Shown: positions 9,538 through 18,455, counted from the stretch's first letter. The stretch: DNA of 24,333 nt from a virus (IMGVR_UViG_3300012352_000234:1-24333); one strand, 5' to 3'. Program-made: numbers and translations. Notes: a model not told the origin generated them from the letters alone.

Positions 9538-9774
9538 TTATTTCTCGTCTTTATCGTTGTTATTAACAGTTCCGCTATTAACATATAATCCAAACCAAGC
9601 AGCACCAGCACCAACTATGACTGATACGAAACCAGCTTGTTCCATAGTTGGTGCTTGAAGTGACATAAACCAATGAGTGACTGATATTACCATATACATA
9701 TACACACCGAGAAATAATCTTGGAATAACTCTCAGTCTATTAATATGAATGGCCAATCGCCACCAGTTAATCAT
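9538..9774 (-). CDS. Small two-TM membrane protein, possible holin
   Basis: Two hydrophobic segments and a charged C-terminus (NNNDKDEK). Confidence 0.55.
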   Translation of the reverse strand: MINWWRLAIHINRLRVIPRLFLGVYMYMVISVTHWFMSLQAPTMEQAGFVSVIVGAGAAWFGLYVNSGTVNNNDKDEK

Positions 9775-9914
9775 TTCTTTTTCTTCTTTGCTTTTGCCTT
9801 TTTAGCAACTGATAATGCAATTGCTATTGCTTGTTTTTGTGGTTTTCCATGTTTCATTTCAGTTGAAATGTTTTTGGAAATAGTTTTCTTACTGTAACCC
9901 ATTTTGAGAGGCAT
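9771..9914 (-). CDS. Small basic phage protein (MPLKMGYSKKTISKNI...KPQKQAIAIALS), 47 aa
   Basis: GGAG RBS 6 nt upstream of ATG 9914; resembles a small Lys-rich family often seen in head modules; overlaps the portal 3' end. Confidence 0.7.
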   Translation of the reverse strand: MPLKMGYSKKTISKNISTEMKHGKPQKQAIAIALSVAKKAKAKKKKK

Positions 9915-11295
9915 CATTATCTCCAATATCAAATGTTTCTGCGTCAAGTTCTGCCATAATATCATCAATGGCATCACCATTCTTAATTACCAACTTGGCA
10001 ATCTGCTTTTGTAGTTCGCGCTGGTATGTTGAACTCTTAATTGGAAGTTGAAGAGCAGAACTATACAATGCCAAATCAGCAGCTTCGTCACGTAGATCAA
10101 AACGCTTATGATATTCAACATTGAACTCTGTTGGCTGTGTGATATTTGCCCATTTCCAGAAAAATTCCCACATCTTATATTCGGCTTGTTCCAAACGAGC
10201 AGCTTTGTCACCAAGACGAACATTCAACATTTCAAATTCAGTTGCAAGAGCAACACCTGATTTTGCAGTAAGTCCTTTTGCTGCCATAATGGCACCAAGG
10301 TGTGTCATTCTTAGCACAGATTCAACATGAATATTAATCATTTCAACAATTGATGAAATGTTAGTGCCACTTGGTTCCAATAGGTATGGCTTCAGGTTTG
10401 GATCAAGATTTGGGTCAAGATCAATAATTGAACCAGCACCAGCAGTTGCACTTGTATCTCTTGTTTTTGCAAGAGTTGGGTGATTGGAAATACGAATGCC
10501 TTGTTCTGCTTCGCTCAATAGATTAAAGATTGCTTGTTGTGCTTTGGACACATCTTCAATATCTGACTTTCCGATACCAGCATCATCACTGTCATTGGCG
10601 CATAGCAAAATGAATGGGACTTCATTGAGTGGATTGAGTTGCATCTCACTCATTGTGATCACTTCTTTACCGTTATCTTCGGTTACTTTATAAGTTGTGA
10701 TTATAGTCTTTTCCCAGACTATGTATTGATATGCATCTTCGTCATATTCTTCACAAGTAACAAGACGAACAAGTTCATTGCGTCCGTTTGCTTGCTTTTC
10801 ATATGCCCAATCAATGACATTTTCTGGCGTAAACAACTTAGCATATGGGCGAATGTCTGCATCAATCTCTTGCTGAAGTGTAATTACGCCTTCCTTGAAT
10901 CCTTTTGTGACCATAATCCATACGTGTCCGTATACCATTGCAAGGTCATTGGCTGAACGCATAAAGTCGTTTAGGTCTTTTCCTTCAAGGTCCACATCAT
11001 ATTGAAAACGATTGACAAGAATATTGTCAGCTTGATTTCCAAATGTTCTGATTGGAGTGGTGCGAAATAGATATGAACGATACGTATCAATTGTCAACTT
11101 GACAAGATTGTCAAGGGCAGTATATTCAAGTCTTTTTTCATACGCTGATGATTTTGAGCCTTCTTCATCAAGATATTTGCGAAGCATGCGAAACTTAGGA
11201 CTACGGTATTCTTTGCCACCCTGGTAAGATGCATTCAAATACTTCCACAGTCCGATGTTTTCTTTGTAATATGGATGGCGTTTTTCAATGTCCAT
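9889..11295 (-). CDS. Portal protein (468 aa)
   Basis: Follows terL; size and motifs (AMVYGHVWIMV, NPLNEVPF, KSGVAL) fit SPP1-like portals. Confidence 0.9.
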   Translation of the reverse strand: MDIEKRHPYYKENIGLWKYLNASYQGGKEYRSPKFRMLRKYLDEEGSKSSAYEKRLEYTALDNLVKLTIDTYRSYLFRTTPIRTFGNQADNILVNRFQYDVDLEGKDLNDFMRSANDLAMVYGHVWIMVTKGFKEGVITLQQEIDADIRPYAKLFTPENVIDWAYEKQANGRNELVRLVTCEEYDEDAYQYIVWEKTIITTYKVTEDNGKEVITMSEMQLNPLNEVPFILLCANDSDDAGIGKSDIEDVSKAQQAIFNLLSEAEQGIRISNHPTLAKTRDTSATAGAGSIIDLDPNLDPNLKPYLLEPSGTNISSIVEMINIHVESVLRMTHLGAIMAAKGLTAKSGVALATEFEMLNVRLGDKAARLEQAEYKMWEFFWKWANITQPTEFNVEYHKRFDLRDEAADLALYSSALQLPIKSSTYQRELQKQIAKLVIKNGDAIDDIMAELDAETFDIGDNDASQNGLQ

Positions 11296-11305
11296 TGTAA
11301 TCTCC

Positions 11306-12523
11306 TTATTGAGCGCCCCAAACAGTGGTAGGCTGAGTGGTTATTTCCTTTGTGACAGGGTATAGGTATTCTACCATATATCCCAATGCGTCCGTAATAT
11401 GATCAAAACCGTCATCCTTGTTTGGAATGAGAGTATTCTCTTTATATGTGTGACGCTGTAATGCTTTAATTAGATTTTTAGCATTACCAATCTTTAATCT
11501 TCTTTCTTTTTTACTATTGCATAGTAAACTATTAACAGCATTTATTCTATCTCTTACGGCTGGATGCTGTCTTTTATATCTTACGATAAATCCTGCATTT
11601 TCAAGTATTGAAATATCTGTTTTGCCATTAGCAGATGTCTTTCGTTGAACACCAGCGGGGTCAGGAAATGCAAATACCTTTTGTGTTGGGTATCTATTTC
11701 TGACTTCCTGCACAAGTTCTTCTGTATTACTACCATAGATAATAATCTCATCAATAACTTGCAATCCATTATCAACTGGAATAGCAACAACACAAGACAT
11801 TGGATTGACGTTAAAGTCAATACCAAGATAGATTTGCTTTATTTCGTTTATCTCTACCTTATTTACATTATCATTTGCAAATGAATAATAGACAACTCCA
11901 GAATAAGTTTCAAAGCTGGCTTCATATTCTTGACGGAATGTTTTCTCATCAAGGTCACGTTTTGCAGCTTCTATTTCTTCGCGTGGAACATTACCACCAT
12001 CAAGAGTTGTAAACTGAAATGATGCCCAATCAATATCGCCTCTTATTCCATTATCATAAACATCTTTAAACCAGTTCAATGACTTTGGAGTTGAAATGAA
12101 AAGAGCAGAACCTTGACGGTCAGACAATGCAGGACGAATAACTTCTGTCCAAACTTGAAAGTCCATATAAGCAGCTTCATCAAACACAACGAAGTCTAAT
12201 GATACACCGCGCATACTGTCATAGTTGTCGGCAGAACGTAGTGATATTTTTGTCCCATTCACAAGAATAACTGACAAATCAGTTTCATTAATTGACTTTA
12301 CCCATCGTCTTATGGTAAGTTGTTCCTTGAGTTCTTCCCACAAGATTTGTTTGGCCATACGATAAGAAGGAGCCACATAGAATATCTTTTTCTTCGGAAA
12401 ACGAGCAACCTTTGCTATTTCCCAAACGGATAGAAATGTCTTGCCAAAACGACGACCAGCCGAAACAACACGAAATCGTTTCGGACAGTCAAATATCTGT
12501 CGTTGAGCAGTTGTTAGTTTCAT
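11306..12523 (-). CDS. terL: Terminase large subunit (405 aa, start MKLTTAQ)
   Basis: Walker A AGRRFGKT, Walker B FVVFDEA, ISTP coupling motif, nuclease LGIDFN and DHITDALGY; ATGA overlap with terS. Confidence 0.95.
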   Translation of the reverse strand: MKLTTAQRQIFDCPKRFRVVSAGRRFGKTFLSVWEIAKVARFPKKKIFYVAPSYRMAKQILWEELKEQLTIRRWVKSINETDLSVILVNGTKISLRSADNYDSMRGVSLDFVVFDEAAYMDFQVWTEVIRPALSDRQGSALFISTPKSLNWFKDVYDNGIRGDIDWASFQFTTLDGGNVPREEIEAAKRDLDEKTFRQEYEASFETYSGVVYYSFANDNVNKVEINEIKQIYLGIDFNVNPMSCVVAIPVDNGLQVIDEIIIYGSNTEELVQEVRNRYPTQKVFAFPDPAGVQRKTSANGKTDISILENAGFIVRYKRQHPAVRDRINAVNSLLCNSKKERRLKIGNAKNLIKALQRHTYKENTLIPNKDDGFDHITDALGYMVEYLYPVTKEITTQPTTVWGAQ

Positions 12524-12852
12524 TTCTCGTCCATATCCCAAGGTAGTATCATATTTGATTCTTCATCATCTCTTGGACTATCCGATTGGTCAAGATATTG
12601 CTTGCCAAGCCATATCAGCATCGTCGCATTTCCACTGTCGGCAACTTCCCATTGACGACGACGAAGACTTGCGCGGCCTTGTGCCTTACCAAGTTCAAGT
12701 TCTCTCGCACATCTATTGCGAATAGTTTCCTTATCAACTCCGATAATATCCGCTATTTCTCGTAGTGTGCATTGTATTGATGCCAGCTTTGTAACTAACA
12801 CCATATCAATATCGGCTTTCGGTCTTCCGACCGATTTCTTTTCCTCAGACAT
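12520..12852 (-). CDS. terS: Terminase small subunit
   Basis: GRPK, HTH (CTLREIADIIGVDKETI), MLIWLGKQYLDQSD; directly upstream of terL. Confidence 0.85.
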   Translation of the reverse strand: MSEEKKSVGRPKADIDMVLVTKLASIQCTLREIADIIGVDKETIRNRCARELELGKAQGRASLRRRQWEVADSGNATMLIWLGKQYLDQSDSPRDDEESNMILPWDMDEK

Positions 12853-12889
12853 GAGTAATCTCCTATTTTACGCCTAGTGGCTAAACCCA

Positions 12890-13204
12890 TTATTTGGTAG
12901 TTTGTTCTGTTGTAGTAGGTAGAGGCAAATACATTTTTGCCACCACTGGTAGTATTAATCCTGCAACAAGTAGAATGATGATGGCCCAAAGTCTGGCATC
13001 CATCTTATCAACTTTTTTGTCGATACCACTTATCTTTGATTCAAGGGCGTTTTCAACCTTGTCGATTTTAGTATCAAGGTTGGGCAATGTTTTATTTTTC
13101 ATCTCATCAATGTCCTTCTTCATCTTTTCCATCTCCAACATAAAAACGTAGTCATTGTTGTCCATTGGCCTGCCCACCTTTTTTTCGCGTTTAGTTTCAA
13201 TCAT
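12890..13204 (-). CDS. Coiled-coil protein with C-terminal TM helix (XhlA/holin-like); start at 13204 or 13165
   Basis: Heptad repeats (LDTKIDKVENALESKISGIDKKVDKMD) followed by LWAIIILLVAGLILPVVA. Confidence 0.6.
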   Translation of the reverse strand: MIETKREKKVGRPMDNNDYVFMLEMEKMKKDIDEMKNKTLPNLDTKIDKVENALESKISGIDKKVDKMDARLWAIIILLVAGLILPVVAKMYLPLPTTTEQTTK

Positions 13205-13205
13205 A

Positions 13206-13472
13206 TCACACCTGTGTGATTTGGCCATTTATATAGATAAATGGATAATCATTCGTGGTGTTATTACGGTAGTCATCAATACTTGTAAATTCTGGTAGTG
13301 AAATATTGAGAATGTCAATCGCTTCTTCAATACTATCGCACCATACCCATCCATTGTTTGGATAGACATATTGTTCTTTGGCTTCCTTTACGAGTGAATA
13401 GTTTGGTCCATGCACATAGTTTGGAGCATAAAAGAAGGTTTCTCCTTCTGGTTTGTAAAATCCTGCTGACAT
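13206..13472 (-). CDS. Hypothetical protein, possibly a fibre-associated chaperone
   Basis: 88 aa, AAGGAG RBS, directly downstream of the repeat protein. Confidence 0.6.
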   Translation of the reverse strand: MSAGFYKPEGETFFYAPNYVHGPNYSLVKEAKEQYVYPNNGWVWCDSIEEAIDILNISLPEFTSIDDYRNNTTNDYPFIYINGQITQV

Positions 13473-13484
13473 AGTGTTCTCCTT

Positions 13485-15242
13485 TTATCCTGTTACGGTC
13501 CATCCCTTGGCAGTTGCAATACTTGGATTGTCTCCTGTTGTTCCTGGGTTTCCTGTTACGGTGATTGTTTTACCTGTAACAGTTCCAAGACTTGTGTAAA
13601 GAGCATCAAGTTCAGTTGCACCAAGAGAGCATCCTGCGATTGTAAATGTTTGGTTGAAACCACCAAGAATAAGTTTTTTTAGGTTAAAACAATTTGAAAA
13701 CATATTTGTTGTTGATGCAGTTCCGTTTGTTGTAAATGTAGTAATGTTTATTTCATCTAACAACTGTTGTCCGCTAAACATTGATCCACAATCAGTAACA
13801 CCAACAAAGTTTGCATTTATGACTAAATCTCGGAGTCTAATGGCGTTTGACCCTGCAAACATACTGTTTACAGAACCAGTCATGTTTACTGCACTGGTAA
13901 ATGTTATTTTTGATGATCCAACCTGAGAAAACATACTTGAACCAGAAATAAGTGAATTGAAAGACATATTGACATTTGACAAGTCAAGGCTAAAACATTG
14001 GTTAAAAATACTTGTTCCAGATGTCAAACTGTTGGCAGTAAGTGTTCCAATCTTTTTGAGTGAGTTACATCCAGAAAACATGCTTGCGGCGGATGGATTT
14101 GTTATTGTTATTGCTGGTAATTCTTTCAATGATTTGCAGTCAAAAAAGGCACTGGTAAGGTTTGTGGCGGCACTCATATTTAAATTTGTTGGGACTTCAA
14201 GCAATGAATAACAAGCGTTAAATGCAGATGAATAACTTGTGCAATTCGCCATTGTTCCAAATGTAGGAAGATACTCTAATGAATAACAAGTTTGAAATGC
14301 TTGGGCTAATGTTGTTGGATTTGCAAGTGTAACGTGTCTTAGATCAACAAGTGAATAACATGCTTGAAACATTCCGCCAGCCGAAATGGTTGTGTATGCA
14401 AAGTTAAATGCGGCTATGTCAACCAATTCATAACATGATGAAAACATTGAAGTTGATGTTGTGACTCCACTGACATTAAAATATGGTATTTCTTTTATTG
14501 CATAACAATCAGAAAACATTGAGCTTGTATTTTGAACAAGATTCAGTGCATCGTTTCTTAATACAAGTTTTTGTAGATTGAAAAATCCAGAGAATAAACT
14601 TGCGGCATTTGTTCTATCGTATGTTACAAGTTCAACTCTTTCACAAATAGTAAAATTGTATGTGGAAAAACCACCCAATAGATATGTCGCTGCATTTCGG
14701 CTATGAATTATCATATCAAGAACTGGTTTTGTTCTTGAAGATGAAAGTTTACCAGTTGATATGTTGAAATCAATACGAGAGAATGTAGTTCCTGCTGCTT
14801 GCAATGTTACTTTACATATTGCTTGTTTGTATCCATCACTTGTCAAAGTTCCATCAAGGGCAACATTGTTGTAATCATAATTACGGTAAGCAACTGCACC
14901 AGATGCATAGTTTGTGACGGTTCCATCACCCCAATCAACGGTGTATGCACCCTGCATTGAGAAGATAAGTTCGTTGTATGTTGTATTATCAACACGGACC
15001 AACATAATTATTTGTTCGTCATCGCTTGCATTTACTGTTGGAAGTGTTAGCCATTGAGCATTTCGTGTCCAAGGTGTGTAATCTGGAATAATTGGTATTG
15101 CACCACCAGTTGTAATTTCACCAATCTTTGTATCATAATCGGTGAATGGAACATCCGTCATATCAACACCTTTGGCTTCAATCGCAGCCTTGATGTCTTG
15201 TTTAGTGCTATTCAGTAATGTTAGGTTGTCTGCTATTGTCAT
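13485..15242 (-). CDS. DUF285/BspA-type surface-repeat protein, candidate receptor-binding or decoration protein (585 aa)
   Basis: About a dozen ~23-aa repeats with MFxxCxxL consensus, PKD-like YTVDWGDGT, C-terminal IATAKGWTV. Confidence 0.75.
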   Translation of the reverse strand: MTIADNLTLLNSTKQDIKAAIEAKGVDMTDVPFTDYDTKIGEITTGGAIPIIPDYTPWTRNAQWLTLPTVNASDDEQIIMLVRVDNTTYNELIFSMQGAYTVDWGDGTVTNYASGAVAYRNYDYNNVALDGTLTSDGYKQAICKVTLQAAGTTFSRIDFNISTGKLSSSRTKPVLDMIIHSRNAATYLLGGFSTYNFTICERVELVTYDRTNAASLFSGFFNLQKLVLRNDALNLVQNTSSMFSDCYAIKEIPYFNVSGVTTSTSMFSSCYELVDIAAFNFAYTTISAGGMFQACYSLVDLRHVTLANPTTLAQAFQTCYSLEYLPTFGTMANCTSYSSAFNACYSLLEVPTNLNMSAATNLTSAFFDCKSLKELPAITITNPSAASMFSGCNSLKKIGTLTANSLTSGTSIFNQCFSLDLSNVNMSFNSLISGSSMFSQVGSSKITFTSAVNMTGSVNSMFAGSNAIRLRDLVINANFVGVTDCGSMFSGQQLLDEINITTFTTNGTASTTNMFSNCFNLKKLILGGFNQTFTIAGCSLGATELDALYTSLGTVTGKTITVTGNPGTTGDNPSIATAKGWTVTG

Positions 15243-15243
15243 A

Positions 15244-16722
15244 TTACACTCCTAGTATCGCGGTCAATGCTGCGTCAATATCGCCAAGAACTGGGCTGTT
15301 TTCCCATACTCCCAGAGTTGAGTTGTAAACCAATACATCGTCATTCGCCACATCTGTAATCAATACATCGTGTAGTTCTCCAACATGTTCTCCCATCTTT
15401 GGACGAACAAAGATACTACCTTGGGTTGCATGTTTGCGAGTGACAGCGGCAACGAGAACTGCATGAGTTGGGGCAGTTGGTGGTGTTGCTGTCAATACAC
15501 CAGGAGTTGTTGAGATGTAAAGCAAATCGCCTTCATTGAAAGCATTTGTATTCAATTGATTTACTTTACCGAATGATGTGACATAACCAAATTGATTAGT
15601 GGTAAAATCTTGTGTGGCAACCCCGACTACATATTCATCTCTAAATCCAACAGCATTGATGTCGGCCTTGGCAATCAATAGATGGTTGCCTTGAGCACCC
15701 GCAAACATAACAGCCATACCATTTGAGATTGCTTCGGTTGCCTTAGCATACACATGTTGTTCTTGCCCAAGTTGTAGAGTTACACCATTATCCAATGGAA
15801 CATCAAGAGTTCCTTCTGTTGCGTTCCACACGATTGGACCTTCTTGTCCAGTGATTGTAAGAGCCGCAGTTGTTACACTGTCGGCAATTGCAGTATCAAC
15901 TCTTGCTTCTGTAAAGTAAAGATTTGTTACACCTTCGGTAATGTCATCGGTAGTTACTGATCCAAGAGAACCAGCAGAACCAGTGTAGCCTACATTACCT
16001 TGACTTCCTGTGTATCCAATATCTCCTTTTTCAGAGATAAGTGTCCAAAATGGTCCTTCAACTGGAGTATCGCCTACGTTACCGCCATTAGAATCAATAC
16101 GATACCAAGTGCTGCCATCATAAGTAGCTAGATCACCAACAGCATAAGCTGCGCCTCCAGAATATGCACCAGTAAAGTTCCATAATGCATCTGTTCCTTG
16201 TGAGCCAGTGTATCCTAATAGACCTTGTGAACCCGTATACCCAATCTGGCCCATCGATCCAGAAAAACCGACTGAACCAGTATACCCTTGGCTCCCAGTG
16301 AAGCCATTAGTTCCTGCACTTCCTGTATATCCGATGTTTCCAAATGAACCAGTGTAGCCGAGGGAACCAGTATAACCATTTGATCCTGCACTTCCTGTAA
16401 ATCCTCTTGATCCAGAATATCCAATAGAACCAACACTACCGCTGTATCCTATAGTTCCGATTGAACCAGTGTAACCTTGATTTCCTTGGCTTCCAGCATA
16501 TCCTCGTTGACCTTCAATGCCTTGGCTTCCAGTGTAACCCATAAGACCCATAGAGCCTGTGTATCCTACACCTTGGCTTCCTGTGTATCCGATTGGGCCA
16601 ACTGAACCAGTATAACCGATTGGACCAGCATCGCCACTTTGTGACAATGTTACGATGATTTCTTCATCATTGACTACATTTACGATGTAATCATTATTCA
16701 ATACTGTTACATTAATACTCAT
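15244..16722 (-). CDS. Collagen-like fibre protein (492 aa, start MSINVTVL)
   Basis: Gly-X-Y repeats (GYTGSQ), CBM5/12-like AYAVGDLATYDGSTWY, TTDDITEG..NLYFT repeat; TAATG overlap with upstream gene. Confidence 0.8.
   Translation of the reverse strand: MSINVTVLNNDYIVNVVNDEEIIVTLSQSGDAGPIGYTGSVGPIGYTGSQGVGYTGSMGLMGYTGSQGIEGQRGYAGSQGNQGYTGSIGTIGYSGSVGSIGYSGSRGFTGSAGSNGYTGSLGYTGSFGNIGYTGSAGTNGFTGSQGYTGSVGFSGSMGQIGYTGSQGLLGYTGSQGTDALWNFTGAYSGGAAYAVGDLATYDGSTWYRIDSNGGNVGDTPVEGPFWTLISEKGDIGYTGSQGNVGYTGSAGSLGSVTTDDITEGVTNLYFTEARVDTAIADSVTTAALTITGQEGPIVWNATEGTLDVPLDNGVTLQLGQEQHVYAKATEAISNGMAVMFAGAQGNHLLIAKADINAVGFRDEYVVGVATQDFTTNQFGYVTSFGKVNQLNTNAFNEGDLLYISTTPGVLTATPPTAPTHAVLVAAVTRKHATQGSIFVRPKMGEHVGELHDVLITDVANDDVLVYNSTLGVWENSPVLGDIDAALTAILGV
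16195..16637 (-). repeat. Degenerate tandem repeat encoding GYTGS collagen-like triplets
   Basis: Recurring GYTGS/GFTGS/GYSGS units; codons are diverged at DNA level. Confidence 0.85.
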
Positions 16723-17063
16723 TAGCGTGTGACCTCCGGTGTAACTACGGCGGTTCCCTCTAATAGACGAACAACAGTTCCGTTTGATTTGACCCATTCA
16801 ACATCATAGACATAGTTTTTACCAAATGTCATAGTAGTTGTAGTTTCATCGGTCATTCTTATGACTACCTTGCCGTCAGTTCCATCTGTTTGGAATTGAA
16901 ATGCAAATGCGCCTTCAACTGTTCCACTCTTGTATGATGAGCGAACTTCGCCACGGAATGTGTCGGATGAAATATCAACTGGAATTGAATCGGCGTCTGT
17001 AATTGTGATAAGGCGGCTGAATGTAGCTCCTTGTTCAATTGTTATATCTAATTTACCTGACAT
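16722..17063 (-). CDS. Small beta-sandwich virion protein (BppU-like fibre anchor)
   Basis: ITIEQGATF...YVYDVE...RLLEG...VTPEVTR pattern; precedes the fibre gene; AGGAGA RBS. Confidence 0.65.
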   Translation of the reverse strand: MSGKLDITIEQGATFSRLITITDADSIPVDISSDTFRGEVRSSYKSGTVEGAFAFQFQTDGTDGKVVIRMTDETTTTMTFGKNYVYDVEWVKSNGTVVRLLEGTAVVTPEVTR

Positions 17064-17072
17064 TAGTATCTC

Positions 17073-17210
17073 CTAGAATATCAGTGATATTACTTGAACT
17101 ATTGCCCATATTGCAATAGCTATATATGATATGGACAATAATCCATTCGCGAGCTTGTAGAACTTCAACCGTTCATTCAATACCGCGTTTTCAAGCAAAT
17201 CATTATTCAT
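17073..17210 (-). CDS. 45-aa single-TM protein (MNNDLLENAVLNERLKFYKLANGLLSISYIAIAIWAIVQVISLIF), not in the ORF track
   Basis: AAAAGGA RBS, TATAAATA box upstream, stop overlaps the RBS of the next gene. Confidence 0.65.
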   Translation of the reverse strand: MNNDLLENAVLNERLKFYKLANGLLSISYIAIAIWAIVQVISLIF

Positions 17211-17237
17211 TTTGTTTTTTCCTTTTAGTTATTGTAG

Positions 17238-17245
17238 TATTTATA
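17238..17245 (-). promoter_or_regulatory. Exact T4 late promoter consensus TATAAATA heading the fibre/packaging operon
   Basis: Intergenic, 27 nt upstream of ATG 17210. Confidence 0.7.
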
Positions 17246-17259
17246 CTCGTAATGTGATA

Positions 17260-17267
17260 GATAAATA
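17260..17267 (+). promoter_or_regulatory. Divergent late-type box GATAAATA driving putative sRNA1
   Basis: Only intergenic plus-strand copy of the motif that I found; points at a plus-strand terminator 46 nt away. Confidence 0.55.
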
Positions 17268-17271
17268 CCAA

Positions 17272-17344
17272 CGTATTTGGGATTTATTTTCCTTTTGACC
17301 AGATACGAGAAAGCCCCAGTGAATCACTCCACTGGGGTTTTTTT
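17272..17344 (+). ncRNA. Putative antisense sRNA1 with two hairpins and an anti-SD loop
   Basis: Stem CGTATTTGG/CCAGATACG with loop GATTTATTTTCCTTTTGA, then terminator hairpin; no ORF. Confidence 0.55.
17314..17344 (+). terminator. Intrinsic terminator, U-tract on plus strand, possibly bidirectional
   Basis: CCCCAGTG-AATCACTC-CACTGGGG-TTTTTTT. Confidence 0.85.
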
Positions 17345-17379
17345 GTTTTATTTCCTTTTAGTCTTATTTGGCGAAATAC

Positions 17380-17826
17380 TTATTCGTCTTTGGTGATAGA
17401 ACGAACTTCATAGTTTTCAAACACAATCATTCCTTGATCATAGAACCAGTATTCAACAGTTGAGTATTCGGTTTCAGTTACAGTCTTGCGTTTTGGTTCA
17501 CCCCAAGTGCTATTCTCAATAGCAACCTTACTCATTCCAAGTTTTGGTTCGCGCTTGTAATCAGGAGTTGAGTTCGTTTCAGTGACTTCATAAACTGCAA
17601 TGTTGGTGTCAGTTGCAGCTTTATACATTTTGCACATAATTTTTGCATGATCTTCGTTAATTGCCTTACGACCATAATATTCTTCAACGATTGACGTGTT
17701 GCAATCTTTTGAGAATGGCTGCATAATAGGAGCAACAGTAACAGAATTACTGTCAAGTGAAGTGACAGTGATGTCTTGACCGAAGGCGATAGTCGGCAGA
17801 ACAGCAAGGATCAGTGCAAGTTTCAT
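17380..17826 (-). CDS. Exported protein with signal peptide (148 aa) and a C-terminal BamE/SmpA-like alpha-beta module
   Basis: MKLALILAVLPTIAFG-Q signal; LGMSK...WGEP...EYWFY...IVFEN..V.SI pattern; GAGG RBS 8 nt upstream; own sigma70-like promoter. Confidence 0.7.
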   Translation of the reverse strand: MKLALILAVLPTIAFGQDITVTSLDSNSVTVAPIMQPFSKDCNTSIVEEYYGRKAINEDHAKIMCKMYKAATDTNIAVYEVTETNSTPDYKREPKLGMSKVAIENSTWGEPKRKTVTETEYSTVEYWFYDQGMIVFENYEVRSITKDE

Positions 17827-17853
17827 TTTCATTTCCTCTTTCATTACATATAC

Positions 17854-17882
17854 TGTATATAGCATCATAATGATTCTGTCAA
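17854..17882 (-). promoter_or_regulatory. Sigma70-like promoter TTGACA-N17-TATACA
   Basis: Perfect -35, 17-nt spacer, imperfect -10; upstream of the exported protein gene. Confidence 0.55.
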
Positions 17883-18295
17883 GAAGTTTTTTTGCCCTTG
17901 ACGTGTTTTTTGTGGATTTTGACTTGAATAATTCCGTTGTAGGTATCATCACGTTCCAGCACACAATACTTCATCTGTTCTTTGAGTTCAAGGTATGACA
18001 ACTCACCAGATGCAGATGCGAAGTGAAGTATTTCTCTACGAAAGAATTGAGGTCCATATGCCAATACATCTGCATTGAGTTCTGAACTTGATCCATAATA
18101 ATCTTGCCAATCACTCTCAACATAACTGACACGCTTACGTTTCATTCCCTTGAGAGGTGGCAAGGTCTTTTTAAACCTTGCCTGTTTCTTTCCAATATAG
18201 AATTTACCCGTAATAACATTTGTGATTTTATAAACAAAGCCAAAGACTTCATTGTCAAGTTCGGTTATTGGTAGATAGTTGTATTCCCACTGCAT
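17879..18295 (-). CDS. GIY-YIG family endonuclease (138 aa, start MQWEYNY)
   Basis: GFVYKITN...FYIGKK, ESDWQDYYGSS, FRREIL, YLELKEQ, YNG motifs; a type I associate with T4-like myoviruses. Confidence 0.8.
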   Translation of the reverse strand: MQWEYNYLPITELDNEVFGFVYKITNVITGKFYIGKKQARFKKTLPPLKGMKRKRVSYVESDWQDYYGSSSELNADVLAYGPQFFRREILHFASASGELSYLELKEQMKYCVLERDDTYNGIIQVKIHKKHVKGKKTS

Positions 18296-18455
18296 TTGTT
18301 CTCTTTGCAACTATGTAGACGAGATTACCATAATCAACGTCCTTCTTCATAGTTCTACTTATACGCTGAGACTTGTAGCCTTTTCGCTTCCAGATGAACT
18401 CGCCTCGTATCTCTCTTATTTCGTCCTTGGATATTTGCAATGTTTCTTCCATCAT
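18255..18455 (-). CDS. Hypothetical basic protein (66 aa)
   Basis: ATGA overlap with the upstream gene; fills the operon gap. Confidence 0.55.
   Translation of the reverse strand: MMEETLQISKDEIREIRGEFIWKRKGYKSQRISRTMKKDVDYGNLVYIVAKRTNAVGIQLSTNNRT

Noticed and set aside
16195-16637. Repeats as a possible CRISPR array or DGR template
   Set aside because: They are degenerate codon-level Gly-X-Y repeats within an ORF; no constant repeat-spacer pattern and no reverse transcriptase.
17238-17245. TATAAATA read as an archaeal TATA box
   Set aside because: AGGAG RBSs, GC hairpin plus U-tract terminators, sigma70 -35/-10 promoters and the short box-to-RBS distances all point to a bacterial host.
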